Shown here piece by piece: positions 1 through 12,000 of a stretch of 64,000 nucleotides of DNA. The translations under genes and the position numbers were made by a program. Under the pieces are notes generated by a model, which was not told the origin of the DNA, did no database searches, and saw only the letters and a program-made list of their open reading frames with translations. This stretch comes from Anaeramoeba ignava BMAN (Eukaryota > Protista > Anaeramoebae). Within the stretch, counting starts at the first letter, position 1, and each line of letters begins with the position of its first letter. The stretch is from contig JAPDFW010000063.1 of NCBI GenBank assembly GCA_028826165.1, positions 248,001 through 312,000 of the forward strand, given 5' to 3'.

Positions 1-1094
1 GAAATTAGAATTTCAGATTTAAAATTAGAATTAGAATAGAATTGTAGATTTAGAAATCAGAATTTAGAAATTAGAATTAGAAGAAGAATTAGAATTAATT
101 AGAAATTAGAATTGTGTAAATTAAATTAAAGAATTAGAATTTAGAATTAGAATTGAATTAAATTTGAATTAGAATTAGAATTAGAATCAGAATAGAGAAA
201 TTGAAATTAGAAATTAGAATTAGAATAGAATTTAGAAATTAGAAATTAGAATTAAATAAATTGTAGAATTAGAATTTAGAATTAAAGAATTAAATTTAAA
301 TTAGAAATAGAATTTAGTTATTAGAATTTAAATTTAATTTTAATTAGAATTGAAATTTAAAATTAGAATTGGAATTGAAAATTAGAATTAAAGAATTAGA
401 ATTTAGAATTAGAATTTAGAATCATGAATTTAGATTTTAGTATTTAATTAAGAAATTAGTAGAATTAAAATTAGAATTAGAAATTATTAAATTAGGAATT
501 AAATTAGAAATTAGAAATTAGAATTAATTAGGAAATTAGGTAGAAAAAGAATTGAATTTAGAATTAGAATATTTTAAAATTAGAATAAGAAATTAGGTAG
601 AATTTAATTAGAATTTAGAATTAGAATTTATTTAGAATTTGGGAATTAGATTTAGAATTAGAATTAGAATTTGGAATCAGAATTTAGAATTTAGAATTTA
701 GAATTGGAGAATTTAGAATTAGAATTTGAAGAATTAGATTTAGAAATTTAGAATTTATTTAAATTTAAAATTAGAAAAATTTAGATTTATATTTAGAATT
801 AAATTAGAATTTAGAATTAGAATTAGAATTAAAGAATTAGAATTAGAATTTAAATTATAAATTAGATTTAGAATTAAATTTAAAGAATTTAGAATTAGAA
901 TTTAGAATTAGAAGAATAGAATTTGAATTAGAATTAGAATTAGAATTATAATTAGAATTAGAATTATATTTAGATTTAGATTTAGAATTAGATTTAAAAT
1001 TAGATTTAGATTTAATATTATAATCAAAATTAAAATTGATTTGAGAATTAAAATTGATTTGAAAATTAAAATTAAAATTGATTTGAAAATTAAC
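1..1094 (-). repeat. Degenerate (TTAGAA)n / (TTCTAA)n satellite; probable intron 1 of the minus-strand gene starting at 1206
   Basis: About 1 kb of TTAGAA variants on +. On - it begins with a GT donor at 1094 and reads TTCTAA, essentially without AG. Confidence 0.75.
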
Positions 1095-1206
1095 TCAAAT
1101 TGTTTGGGACATTTCCTGTTGGACATTCAACACAATCAGATTTAATAAAAGGAAATAAAACTATTAATAAAATAGAAATTAATATAAAATGAATTGATGA
1201 GAACAT
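1095..1206 (-). CDS. Exon 1 of a secreted or surface protein (rest lies left of the window)
   Basis: Not in the ORF track. ATG at 1206 gives MFSSIHFILISILLIVLFPFIKS-DCVECPTGNVPNNL (signal peptide, then a CxxCPxG motif), followed by a GT donor. TTTTCATTTT motifs lie immediately upstream. Confidence 0.7.
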
Positions 1207-1432
1207 AAAATGAAAAAAAATGAAAAAAAATGAAAAAATTTTTTTTTTATTTAAAATTTGTTTTTAAAAAAGAAAAAGCAAAAAAAAAAAGAAGAAACAT
1301 TTGAAAGAGTAAAAGAAAACAAAAAAGAAACATTTTAATTAACATTTAAAAATTTCTTTAGATTTTTTGGATAATTTGATATTTAGATAATTTGGATAAT
1401 TTTGATGCTTTTTGTTTTGGAATTATTTCCGA

Positions 1433-2055
1433 TTAAGACATTTTTGTTTAAGCGATTTCACTAAAAATAAAAATAAAAATTAAAATTAAAATCAAATTAA
1501 AAATAAAATTAAAATTAAAATCAAATTAAAAAATTTACAAGAAATTCCAATTTCATTAACAGAATTCACTTCTTGATGATTTTGCCAATTTAAAAATTGA
1601 TGTTGAATTTGAAGGAATTCTTTGGCAAATTCATTTTCAGCATCAGCAACAGCTAAGTCAAGATCTCTTTTAATTAAACCTAATTCATTTGCATAAGCTT
1701 TTTCTAAAGCTTTAATTTCCGCTTGTTTTTGGTTCTCAATTTGTTGCAGTTTATTTGGATTGTTTGTCACTTTCAAAGGAGACATTGATAAGTTATTTTT
1801 TTTAGTTTCTTGTGACTTTGGCATTTGAACTTTTTGCCAATCTTTTTTAAACTGTGAATTTGAATCAATTTTCAAGTTCATTCTTTCTTGAATTTGTTTT
1901 GTTTGTTGTTTTTTTTGTGTTTTTGATTTCTTTTGTCCTCCTTTAATTCTTCTTCTTTTTGTTGTTGTAAAATTGTTTGGCGTTTCAAATGGAATCTGAA
2001 TTAATGATGGAGTATAGTTAAAAACTGAATTAAGATCAAAACTATTAATCATCAT
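1433..2055 (-). CDS. Hypothetical coiled-coil protein, 2 exons (2055-1539, 1460-1433)
   Basis: 187-aa ORF with a basic KRRRIK stretch and helical C-half. A GTAAAT...TTTTAG intron at 1538-1461 gives the C-terminus LKSLKQKMS*. Confidence 0.65.
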
Positions 2056-2949
2056 AAATTGTATATAAAATTTGCAAAAAAATAAAGAGAAAAGTGATCA
2101 GGGTTTTTTAATAAAAAAAAAATTTTATTTTAATTTTTATTTTTAATTTTAATTTTAATTTGCCCAAATAAACAAAAAATAAACAAAAAAAATAAATAAA
2201 ACTTTTTTTTTAAATTAAATTTTCCATCAAAGCAATTAAAATAAAAAAATAAAAATTAATTTTAAATTGAAGAAGAAGAAGAAAAAAAAATTTTTTTGTT
2301 TTAATTTTAAATTTTAAATTAAAATTATAATTTAAATTTAATTTCTATTATTTAATTCTTTAAAGATCGAATAATAAAAATAAAAATAAAAATAAAAAAA
2401 ATAACTGTAAAAGATCTATTCTTTTCTTCTATTTAAAATTTTAATTTTATTTACCATTTAATTTTAAAATATAAAATAAAATTTAAATTTAAATATAATT
2501 CATTTATTGAGTTTTGATTGAAGATCTTTATTTCTAAAATTAAATTATTAAAATTAAATTAAAAAATTAAATTAAAAATTAATTAAAAAAAGAAAACTGA
2601 ATTATTCAATTTTTATTTTAACGACAAGACCCCCATTCCTATTTTAATTTTAATTTTATTTTAATTTTATTTTTAATTTTAATTTTAAATTTTATTTATA
2701 AATTTAATTTTTAATTTTATTTTGCCTTTTTGGGGGAATTTTGTCTTTTAAAAAAGAAAATTTAATTTAAAAAAAAAATTTTTTGTTTTAAGATGTCTTC
2801 TTTTTATTTAAAATTTTTTTTCTTTGTTGTTTTTTGTTTTTTTTATTTTTAAAAAATCAAAAATTAATTAACAAAAAAAAGCAAGAAGAAGTTGTTATTT
2901 TAAAAGCAAAATTAAACATTAAATCCTTTTTTAGATTTTTTTTAATTTT

Positions 2950-5900
2950 TTAATTTTTTAAATTTTCATCAATTTTATTATCTGAAATTTCATCTGTAGA
3001 AAAATCTGATTCTGATATCCTTTCTTGTAACTAGAATAAATAATAAATAAAAATTTAAATAAAAATTTAATTGAATTTTTTTTTCTCGTGTCAATTTTTG
3101 ATCAATTTTTTAATTCATACATTTTCTGTAAGAACAGTAAAAGCTTCTTTTTCAATTAAATTATTAAATTGAACAATTACCCTTTGAATATTTAAATCTC
3201 CTTTCTAAAAAATTCAAAAACAAAATAAATTTCATGTTAAAAAATAGAAATTTAAAAATAAAAATTTACTATAAATTCTAAAGCACATGTATCACTTTCA
3301 TTAGAATTAACATAAATTGAAAAAGCATTAATATTTCCTGAAATAATTTTCTTATTTCCTTCTAATTTTAATTCAATTTCTGAGTTTGAAAGTGTTATTT
3401 TTCCTGGTTTTTTTAAACAAAATAATAAAACCGAAAAATCTGTTGAATTATTTGATTTAATATCAGAAAATCTTGTTTGAATTTCTTCTAAAAATTGTTT
3501 TCCTTGGTAATTTTGATTGTTTGCTGTTGGAAATGAACTTCCAAAAGTAAATCGAGATAAATGTATTTTTTCATTTTTATTAATTAAAAGATCCACAATC
3601 CCTTTTTTTTGAGGTAAATAGATAAACATTCTTGATAGTTTAACTAAAAAATTCCTTGTAAATTCACCAGGACATTGAAATAGAAAAGTTTTTTCTCCTG
3701 AAACGATTAAAAATTGTTTTGGATTTTCTTCTGAAATGACCTGAATATTTTTGCCAAATTTTGATTTAAATTAGAAAAACAAAAAAATTTTTTTTTTGGA
3801 TTTCTTGTTGATTAAATTTTTTCGATAATACTTTTGTTTTTAATTGATATGGAATGATTTTTTGTTTTGTTGTTCCAATTTTTATCTTATCTTTAAAAGA
3901 TACATCAACAAGTTCAAAACCATCCTTTTGTTCTAATTCAATCTTTTTTAACAAAAATTTTTTTAAAACAATAATTATTATTATAATTATAATTATAATT
4001 ATTATAATTACAGTAAATCTAGGACCAGAATCCCAATATAAAATTGCAAGAATCAATATAAAATTTTCATCTATAAAATATAAAATATAAAATATAAGAA
4101 ATTATTTTCAATTAAATTTTTGAATATTTAAAATTACCTTTTAATAAATATTTTCCTGAAATAAAATTTTGATAAAATTGTTCTAAATACGATAAATCAT
4201 ATGGATTTTGATCGAAAATTTGTTTGAGATGGATTAAAATCAATACAAATTGAGCAGTTTCAACATCAAAAAATTTTAAACTAAATTTTTTCTTTTTTTC
4301 TTCATTTGCTTCTAAAATAAGATTATCTGTTTTCTGGAAAGAATTTAATTTCAGGAAACTAATTTCTTGAGTTTCATTTTCAGAAGTGAATGTCACTTTA
4401 TCATTTAAAATATTAAATTGAATTTCTTTTTTTTCATAAATTGTCTAAATTTTAATATAAATTTTAATATAAATTTTAATATAAATTTTGAAATAAATTT
4501 TGAAATAAATTTTGAAATAAATTTTAATATAAATTTTAATATAAATTTTAATATAAATTTTAATATAAATTTTAATATAAATTTTAAAATAAATTTTAAT
4601 ATAAATTTTAATATAAATTTTAATATAAATTTTGAAATAAATTTTAATATAAATTTTAATATAAATTTTGAAATAAATTTTAATATAAATTTTAATATAA
4701 ATTTTGAAATAAATTTTAATATAAATTTTAATATAAATTTTAATATAAATTTTAATATAAATTTTAATATAAATTTTAATATAAATTTTAATATAAATTT
4801 TAAAATAAATTTTAAATAAATTTTAAAATAAATTTTAATATAAATTTTAATATAAATTTTTAAAATATAAATTTTAATATAAATTTTAATATAAATTTTA
4901 ATATAAATTTAAAATTTTAATATAAATTTTAATATAAATTTTAATATAAATTTTAATATAAATTTTAATATAAATTTTAATATAAATTTTTAATATAAAT
5001 TTTAATATAAATTTTTAATATAAATTTTGAAATAAATTTTAATATAAATTTTAATATAAATTTTAAAATAAATTTAAATATAAATTTTAATATAAATTTT
5101 AATATAAATTTTAATATAAATTTTAATATAAATTTTAATATAAATTTTAATATAAAATAAATTTTAATATAAATTTTAAAATAAATTTTAATATAAATTT
5201 TAATATAAATTTTAGTATAAATTTTAATATAAATTTTAATATAAATTTTAAAATAAATTTTAATATAAATTTTAATATAAATTTTAAAATAAATTTTAAT
5301 ATAAATTTTAATATAAATTTTAAATATAAATTTTAATATAAATTTTAATATAAATTTTAATATAAATTTTAATATAAATTTTAATATAAATTTTAATATA
5401 AATTTTAATATAAATTTTAATATAAATTTTAATATAAATTTTAATATAAATTTTAATATAAATTTTAATATAAATTTTAATATAAATTTTAAATATAAAT
5501 TTTAATATAAATTTTAGTATAAATTTTAATATAAATTTTAATATAAATTTTAATATAAATTTTAATATAAATTTTAATATAAATTTTAATATAAATTTTA
5601 ATATAAATTTTAATATAAATTTTAATATAAATTTTAATATAAATTTTTAATATTATAAATTTTAATATAAATTTTAATATAAATTTTAATATAAATTTTT
5701 AATATAAATTTTAATATAAATTTTAATATAAATTTTAATTAATATAAATTTTAATATAAATTTTAATATAAATTTTAATATAAATTTTAATATAAATTTT
5801 AATATAAATTTTAATATAAATTTTTAATATAAATTTTAATATAAATTTTAATATAAATTTTTAATATAAATTTTAATATAAATTTTAATATAAATTTTAA

Positions 5901-8900
5901 TATAAATTTTAATATAAATTTTAATATAAATTTTAATATAAATTTTAATATAAATTTTAATATAAATTTTGATATAAATTTTAATATAAATTTTTAAAAT
6001 ATAAATTTTAATATAAATTTTAATATAAATTTTAATATAAATTTTAATATAAATTTTAATATAAATTTTAATATAAATTTTAATATAAATTTTTAAATAA
6101 ATTTTAAAATAAATTTTAATATAAATTTTAATATAAATTTTAATATAAATTTTAATATAAATTTTAATATAAATTTTAATATAAATTTTAATATAAATTT
6201 TAATATAAATTTTAAAATAAATTTTAATATAAATTTTTAAAATAAATTTTAATATAAATTTTAATATAAATTTTAATATAAATTTTAATATAAATTTTAA
6301 TATAAATTTTAATATAAATTTTAATATAAATTTTAATATAAATTTTAATATAAATTTTAATATAAATTTTAATATAAATTTTAAAATAAATTTAAATTTT
6401 AATATAAATTTTAAATATAAATTTTTTTTTAATTTTGATATAAATTTTAATATAAATTTTAATATAAATTTTAATATAAATTTTAATATAAATTTTTAAT
6501 ATAAATTTTAATATAAATTTAAAAATAAATTTTAATATAAATTTTAATATAAATTTTAATATAAATTTTAATATAAATTTTAATATAAATTTTAATATAA
6601 TTTTAATATAAATTTTGAATATAAATTTTAATATAAATTTTAATATAAATTTTTAATATAAATTTAATATAAATTTAATATAAATTTTAATATAAATTTT
6701 AATATAAATTTTAATATAAATTTTTAATATAAATTTTAATATAAATTTTAATATAAATTTTAATATAAATTTTAATATAAATTTTAATATAAATTTTAAT
6801 ATAAATTTTAATATAAATTTTAATATAAATTTTAATATAAATTTTAATATAAATTTTAATATAAATTTTAATATAAATTTTAATATAAATTTTAATATAA
6901 ATTTTAATATAAATTTTAATATAAATTTTAATATAAATTTTAAATATAAATTTTAATATAAATTTTAATATAAATTTTAATATAAATTTTAATATAAATT
7001 TTAATATAAATTTTAATATAAATTTTAATATAAATTTTAATATAAATTTTAATATAAATTTTTAATATAAATTTTAATATAAATTTTAATATAAATTTTA
7101 ATATAAATTTTGAATATAAATTTTAATATAAATTTTAATATAAATTTTAATATAAATTTGAATATAAATTTTAATATAAATTTTAATATAAATTTTAATA
7201 TAAATTTTAATATAAATTTTAATATAAATTTTAATATAAATTTTAATATAAATTTTAATATAAATTTTAATATAAATTTTAATATAAATTTTTAATATAA
7301 ATTTTAATATAAATTTTAATATAAATTTTAATATAAATTTTAATATAAATTTTAATATAAATTTTAATATAAATTTTAAAATAAATTTTAATATAAATTT
7401 TAATATAAATTTTAATATAAATTTTAATATAAATTTTAATATAAATTTTAATATAAATTTTAATATAAATTTTAAAATAAATTTTAATATAAATTTTAAT
7501 ATAAATTTTAAAAATTTTAATATAAATTTTAATATAAATTTTAATATAAATTTTAATATAAATTTTAATATAAATTTTAATATAAATTTTAATATAAATT
7601 TTAATATAAATTTTAATATAAATTTTAATATAAATTTTAATATAAATTTTAATATAAATTTTAATATAAATTTTAATATAAATTTTAATATAAATTTTAA
7701 TATAAATTTTAATATAAATTTTAATATAAATTTTAATATAAATTTTAATATAAATTTTAATATAAATTTTAATATAAATTTAAATATAAATTTTAATATA
7801 AATTTTAATATAAATTTTAATATAAATTTTAATATAAATTTTAATATAAATTTTAATATAAATTTTAATATAAATTTTAATATAAATTTAAAAATAAATT
7901 TTAATATAAATTTTAATATAAATTTTGAATATAAATTTTAATATAAAATTTTAATATAAATTTTAATATAAATTTTAATATTTTGAATATAAATTTTAAT
8001 ATAAATTTTAATATAAATTTTAAAATAAATTTTAATATAATTTTTAATATAAATTTTAATATAAATTTTAAAATAAATTTTAATATAAATTTTATTATAA
8101 ATTTTAATATAAATTTTAATATAAATTTTAATATAAATTTTGAAATAAATTTTAAAATAAATTTTAATATAAATTTTAATATAAATTTTAATATAAATTT
8201 TAATATAAATTTTAATATAAATTTGAATATAAATTTTAGTATATATTTTGAATATAAATTTTATTATAAATTTTATTATAAATTTTGGAATAAATTTTAA
8301 TATAATTTTTAATATATATTTTAATATAAATTTTAATATAAATTTTAATATAAATTTTAATATAAATTTTAATATAAATATTGGAATAAATTTTGGAATA
8401 AATTTTGAATAAATTTTGGAATAAATATTAATATAAATTTTTAATATAAATTTAAAAATAAATTTTAATATAAATTTTAATATAAATTTTGAAATAAATT
8501 TTAATATAAATTTTAATATAAATTTTGAAATAAATTTTAATATAAATTTTGAAATAAATTTTAATATAAATTTTAATATAAATTTTAAAATAAATTTTAA
8601 TATAAATTTTAATATAAATTTTAATATAAATTTTAATATAAATTTTGATATAAATTTTATTATAAATTTTAATATAAATTTTAATATAAATTTAAATATA
8701 AATTTTATTATAAATTTAATATATATTTTAATATAAATTTAATATAAATTTTAATATAAATTTTGAAATAAATTTTAATATAAATTTTAATATAAATTTT
8801 AATATAAATTTTGATATAAATCAACAATCAAAACAGACTTGAAAAGTAAAATCATTTTCAAACCAATGTCCAATTATTTGGGTCATTAACCTTTCTTGAT

Positions 8901-8994
8901 TTAATTCTTTTTTGATTTGTGTAAATTGATTTGTTGTGATATTAAAAAAGAATTGAATTAATTGATCATATTTTTCAATATATTCTTTTTCCAT
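2950..8994 (-). CDS. Multi-exon hypothetical protein (about 7 exons) with a 4.4-kb satellite intron
   Basis: Exon 1 (8994-8839, [11 protein letters not shown]...NDFTFQ) joins in phase 0 to 4444 ([10 protein letters not shown]...), in frame with ORF 4112..4396. Further exons match ORFs 3766..4056 and 3252..3629; the last exon ends DENLKN* at 2950. One acceptor (near 3766) lacks AG. Confidence 0.65.
4445..8838. repeat. Intronic 12-mer satellite (AATATAAATTTT)n, about 4.4 kb
   Basis: Hundreds of near-perfect copies, bounded on the minus strand by GT (8838) and AG (4445). Confidence 0.95.
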
Positions 8995-9098
8995 TAATTA
9001 AAAAATAATTTAATTAAAAAAGAAAAAAATGAAAAAAAAATTTTTTTTGATTTTTTAATTTTTCATTTTTTTTAAAACAAAACAAAAAAAAGGCGAAA

Positions 9099-12000
9099 AT
9101 GATAAAAATAATTTGTTTTCTTTTAATTTTTCTTTTTGTTTCAAGTGAAAGAACAATAATTTCAGTTTATTATCAAAATTCAACATATTCAGTAACACCA
9201 GGAATAGCAGATCCTGATGCAGTTTGTTATGCAATTTTTAGTGATACAATGTTTGAAATTGGTTTGTTGTTTTTTGTTTTCAAAATTAAAATTAAAATTA
9301 AAATTAAAATTAAAATTAAAATTAAATTTAAAATTAAAATTAAAATTAAAATTAAAATTAAAATTAAAATTAAAAATTAAAATTAAAATTAAAATTAAAA
9401 TTAAAATTAAAATTAAAATTAAAATTAAAATTAAAATCATAATTAAAATTAAAATTAAAATTAAAATTAAAATTAAAATTAAAATTAAAATTAAAATTAA
9501 AATTAAAATTAAAATTAAAATTAAAATTAAAATTAAAATTCAAATTAAAATTAAAATTAAAATTAAAATTAAAATTAAAATTAAAATTAAAATTAAAATT
9601 AAAATTAAAATTAAAATTAAAATTAAAATTAAAATTAAAATTTAAAAATTAAAATTAAAAATTAAAATTAAAATTAAAATTAAAATTAAAATTAAAATTA
9701 AAATTAAAATTAAAATTAAAATTAAAATTAAAAATTAAAATTAAAATTAAAATTAAAATTAAAATTAAAATTAAAATTAAAATTAAAATTAAATTTAAAA
9801 TTAAAATTTAAAAAAAAAAAATCAAAATTAAAATTTAAAATTTAAAATTAAAATTAAAATTAAAATTAAAATTAAAATTAAAATTAAAATTAAAATTAAA
9901 ATTAAAATTAAAATTAAAATTAAAATTAAAATTAAAATTAAAATTAAAATTAAAATTAAAATTAAAATTAAAATTCAAAATTAAAATTAAAAGGTGCTTC
10001 TAAGCTTCATATTTACACTAATTCTGAATATGATGATGAAATTCAAATGTATGCAGCTGGTTTTGCTGAAGGATATTTAACACAACAAAGAATTTGGGAT
10101 TATCTTACTAATTGGAAAATTGATTTCATATCAGATTACAATACAACAGATTGGCCTCACAATATCACAGTATTTATGGAAGCAAATGAAAATTATCTTC
10201 AAGAACAATGTCAAAACACTTCTAAAACTGATTATATGAATCAAATTTGTTTGAATTATGAACAATATAAAGGAATTTTTGATGGATATTCTTCTGTTGC
10301 TCCTTCTGAACAAAATATCACTTCAATGGATCTTTGGATTTTAAATTCAGGAGGTGATCTTGATGGTAAGTTTTTTTTCTTTTTGTTTTTTTTTTTCGAT
10401 CTTTCAATTTTTGATCAAATATTAAATATTAAATATCAAATATCAAATATTAAATATTAAATATCATTTATTAAATATTAAATATTAAATATCATTTATT
10501 AATTATTAAATATCATTTATTAATTATCAAATATTAAATATCAAATATTAAATATTAAATATTATTTATTATTTATTAATTATTAATTATTAAATATTAA
10601 ATATTAAATATTAATTATTAATTATTAAATATCATTTATTAAATATTAATTATTAAATATTAATTAATTATTAATTAATTATTAATTATTAATTATTAAA
10701 TATCCATTATATTGGTTTATAAATAGATTTGGGAATTGCTTTATTTTTACTTTCTGAGGATCCAAAAGAACAAGAATGGGCAATGAAAAGAATCAAAGAT
10801 GATCATTGGCAAGAACTTCACAGCCATTGTAAAATATAAATAAAAATATAAATATAAATATAAATATTTAAAATATAAATATAAATATTTAAAATATAAA
10901 TATAAATATTTAAAATATAAATATAAATATAAATATTTAAAATATAAATATAAATATAAATATTTAAAATATAAATATAAATATAAATATTTAAAATATA
11001 AATATAAATATAAATATAAATTAAAATATAAATATAAATATTTAAAATATAAATATAAATATAAATATTTAAAATATAAATATAAATATAGGTACAGGAT
11101 TAGTAAAAGTTCTTGATGGAAACACTGATATTTTCTTTTCTCAAGATACTTGGAGTGGTTTTGTTTCTCTTTCTCGAGTTTGGAAAGAATATAATTTTAA
11201 ACTTAATTCTGCTAATGTTCAAAGTATTGTTTTCTCATCATATCCTGGTGTTATTTTCTCTGTTGATGATTTCTACGTAACATCTGGTATAATTTTATTC
11301 ACCAAAATTAAATTAAAATTAAATTAAAATTAAATCAAAATTAAATCAAAATCAAAATCAAATTAAATCAAAATCAAAATCAAATTAAATCAAAATCAAA
11401 TTAAATCAAAATCAAAATCAAAATTAAAATCAAATTAAAATCAAATTAAAATTAAATCAAAATTAAATCAAAATCAAATTAAAATTAAATCAAATTAAAA
11501 TTAAAATTAAATTAAAATTAAAATTATTAGCTCAACTTGGTGTTCTTGAAACAACTTTTAATATTTTTAATGATTCTTTATATAAGGAATATATCACAAA
11601 TCAAACAATTTTAACTTGGTTAAGAGTAACAGCTGTAAATCGATTATGTACAAATGGACCAGACTGGATTCAAATGATGAATTCAATTAATAGTGGAACA
11701 TATAATAATCAATGGGTAATTTCTTTTCAAAAATTAAATCAAAAATTAAATCAAAAATTTAATCAAAAATTAAATCAAAAATTTAATCAAAAATTTAATC
11801 AAAAATTAAATCAAAAATTAAATCAAAAATTAAATCAAAAATTAAATCAAAAATTAAATCAAAAATTAAATCAAAAATTAAATCAAAAATTTAAATCAAA
11901 AATTAAATCAAAAATTAAATCAAAAATTAAATCAAAAATTAAATCAAAAATTAAATCAAAAATTTAATCAAAAATTTAATCAAAAATTTAATCAAAAATT

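Noticed and set aside
1-1090. Telomere-like TTAGAA repeat
   Set aside because: Highly degenerate and bounded by a splice donor of a minus-strand gene; better explained as an intron.
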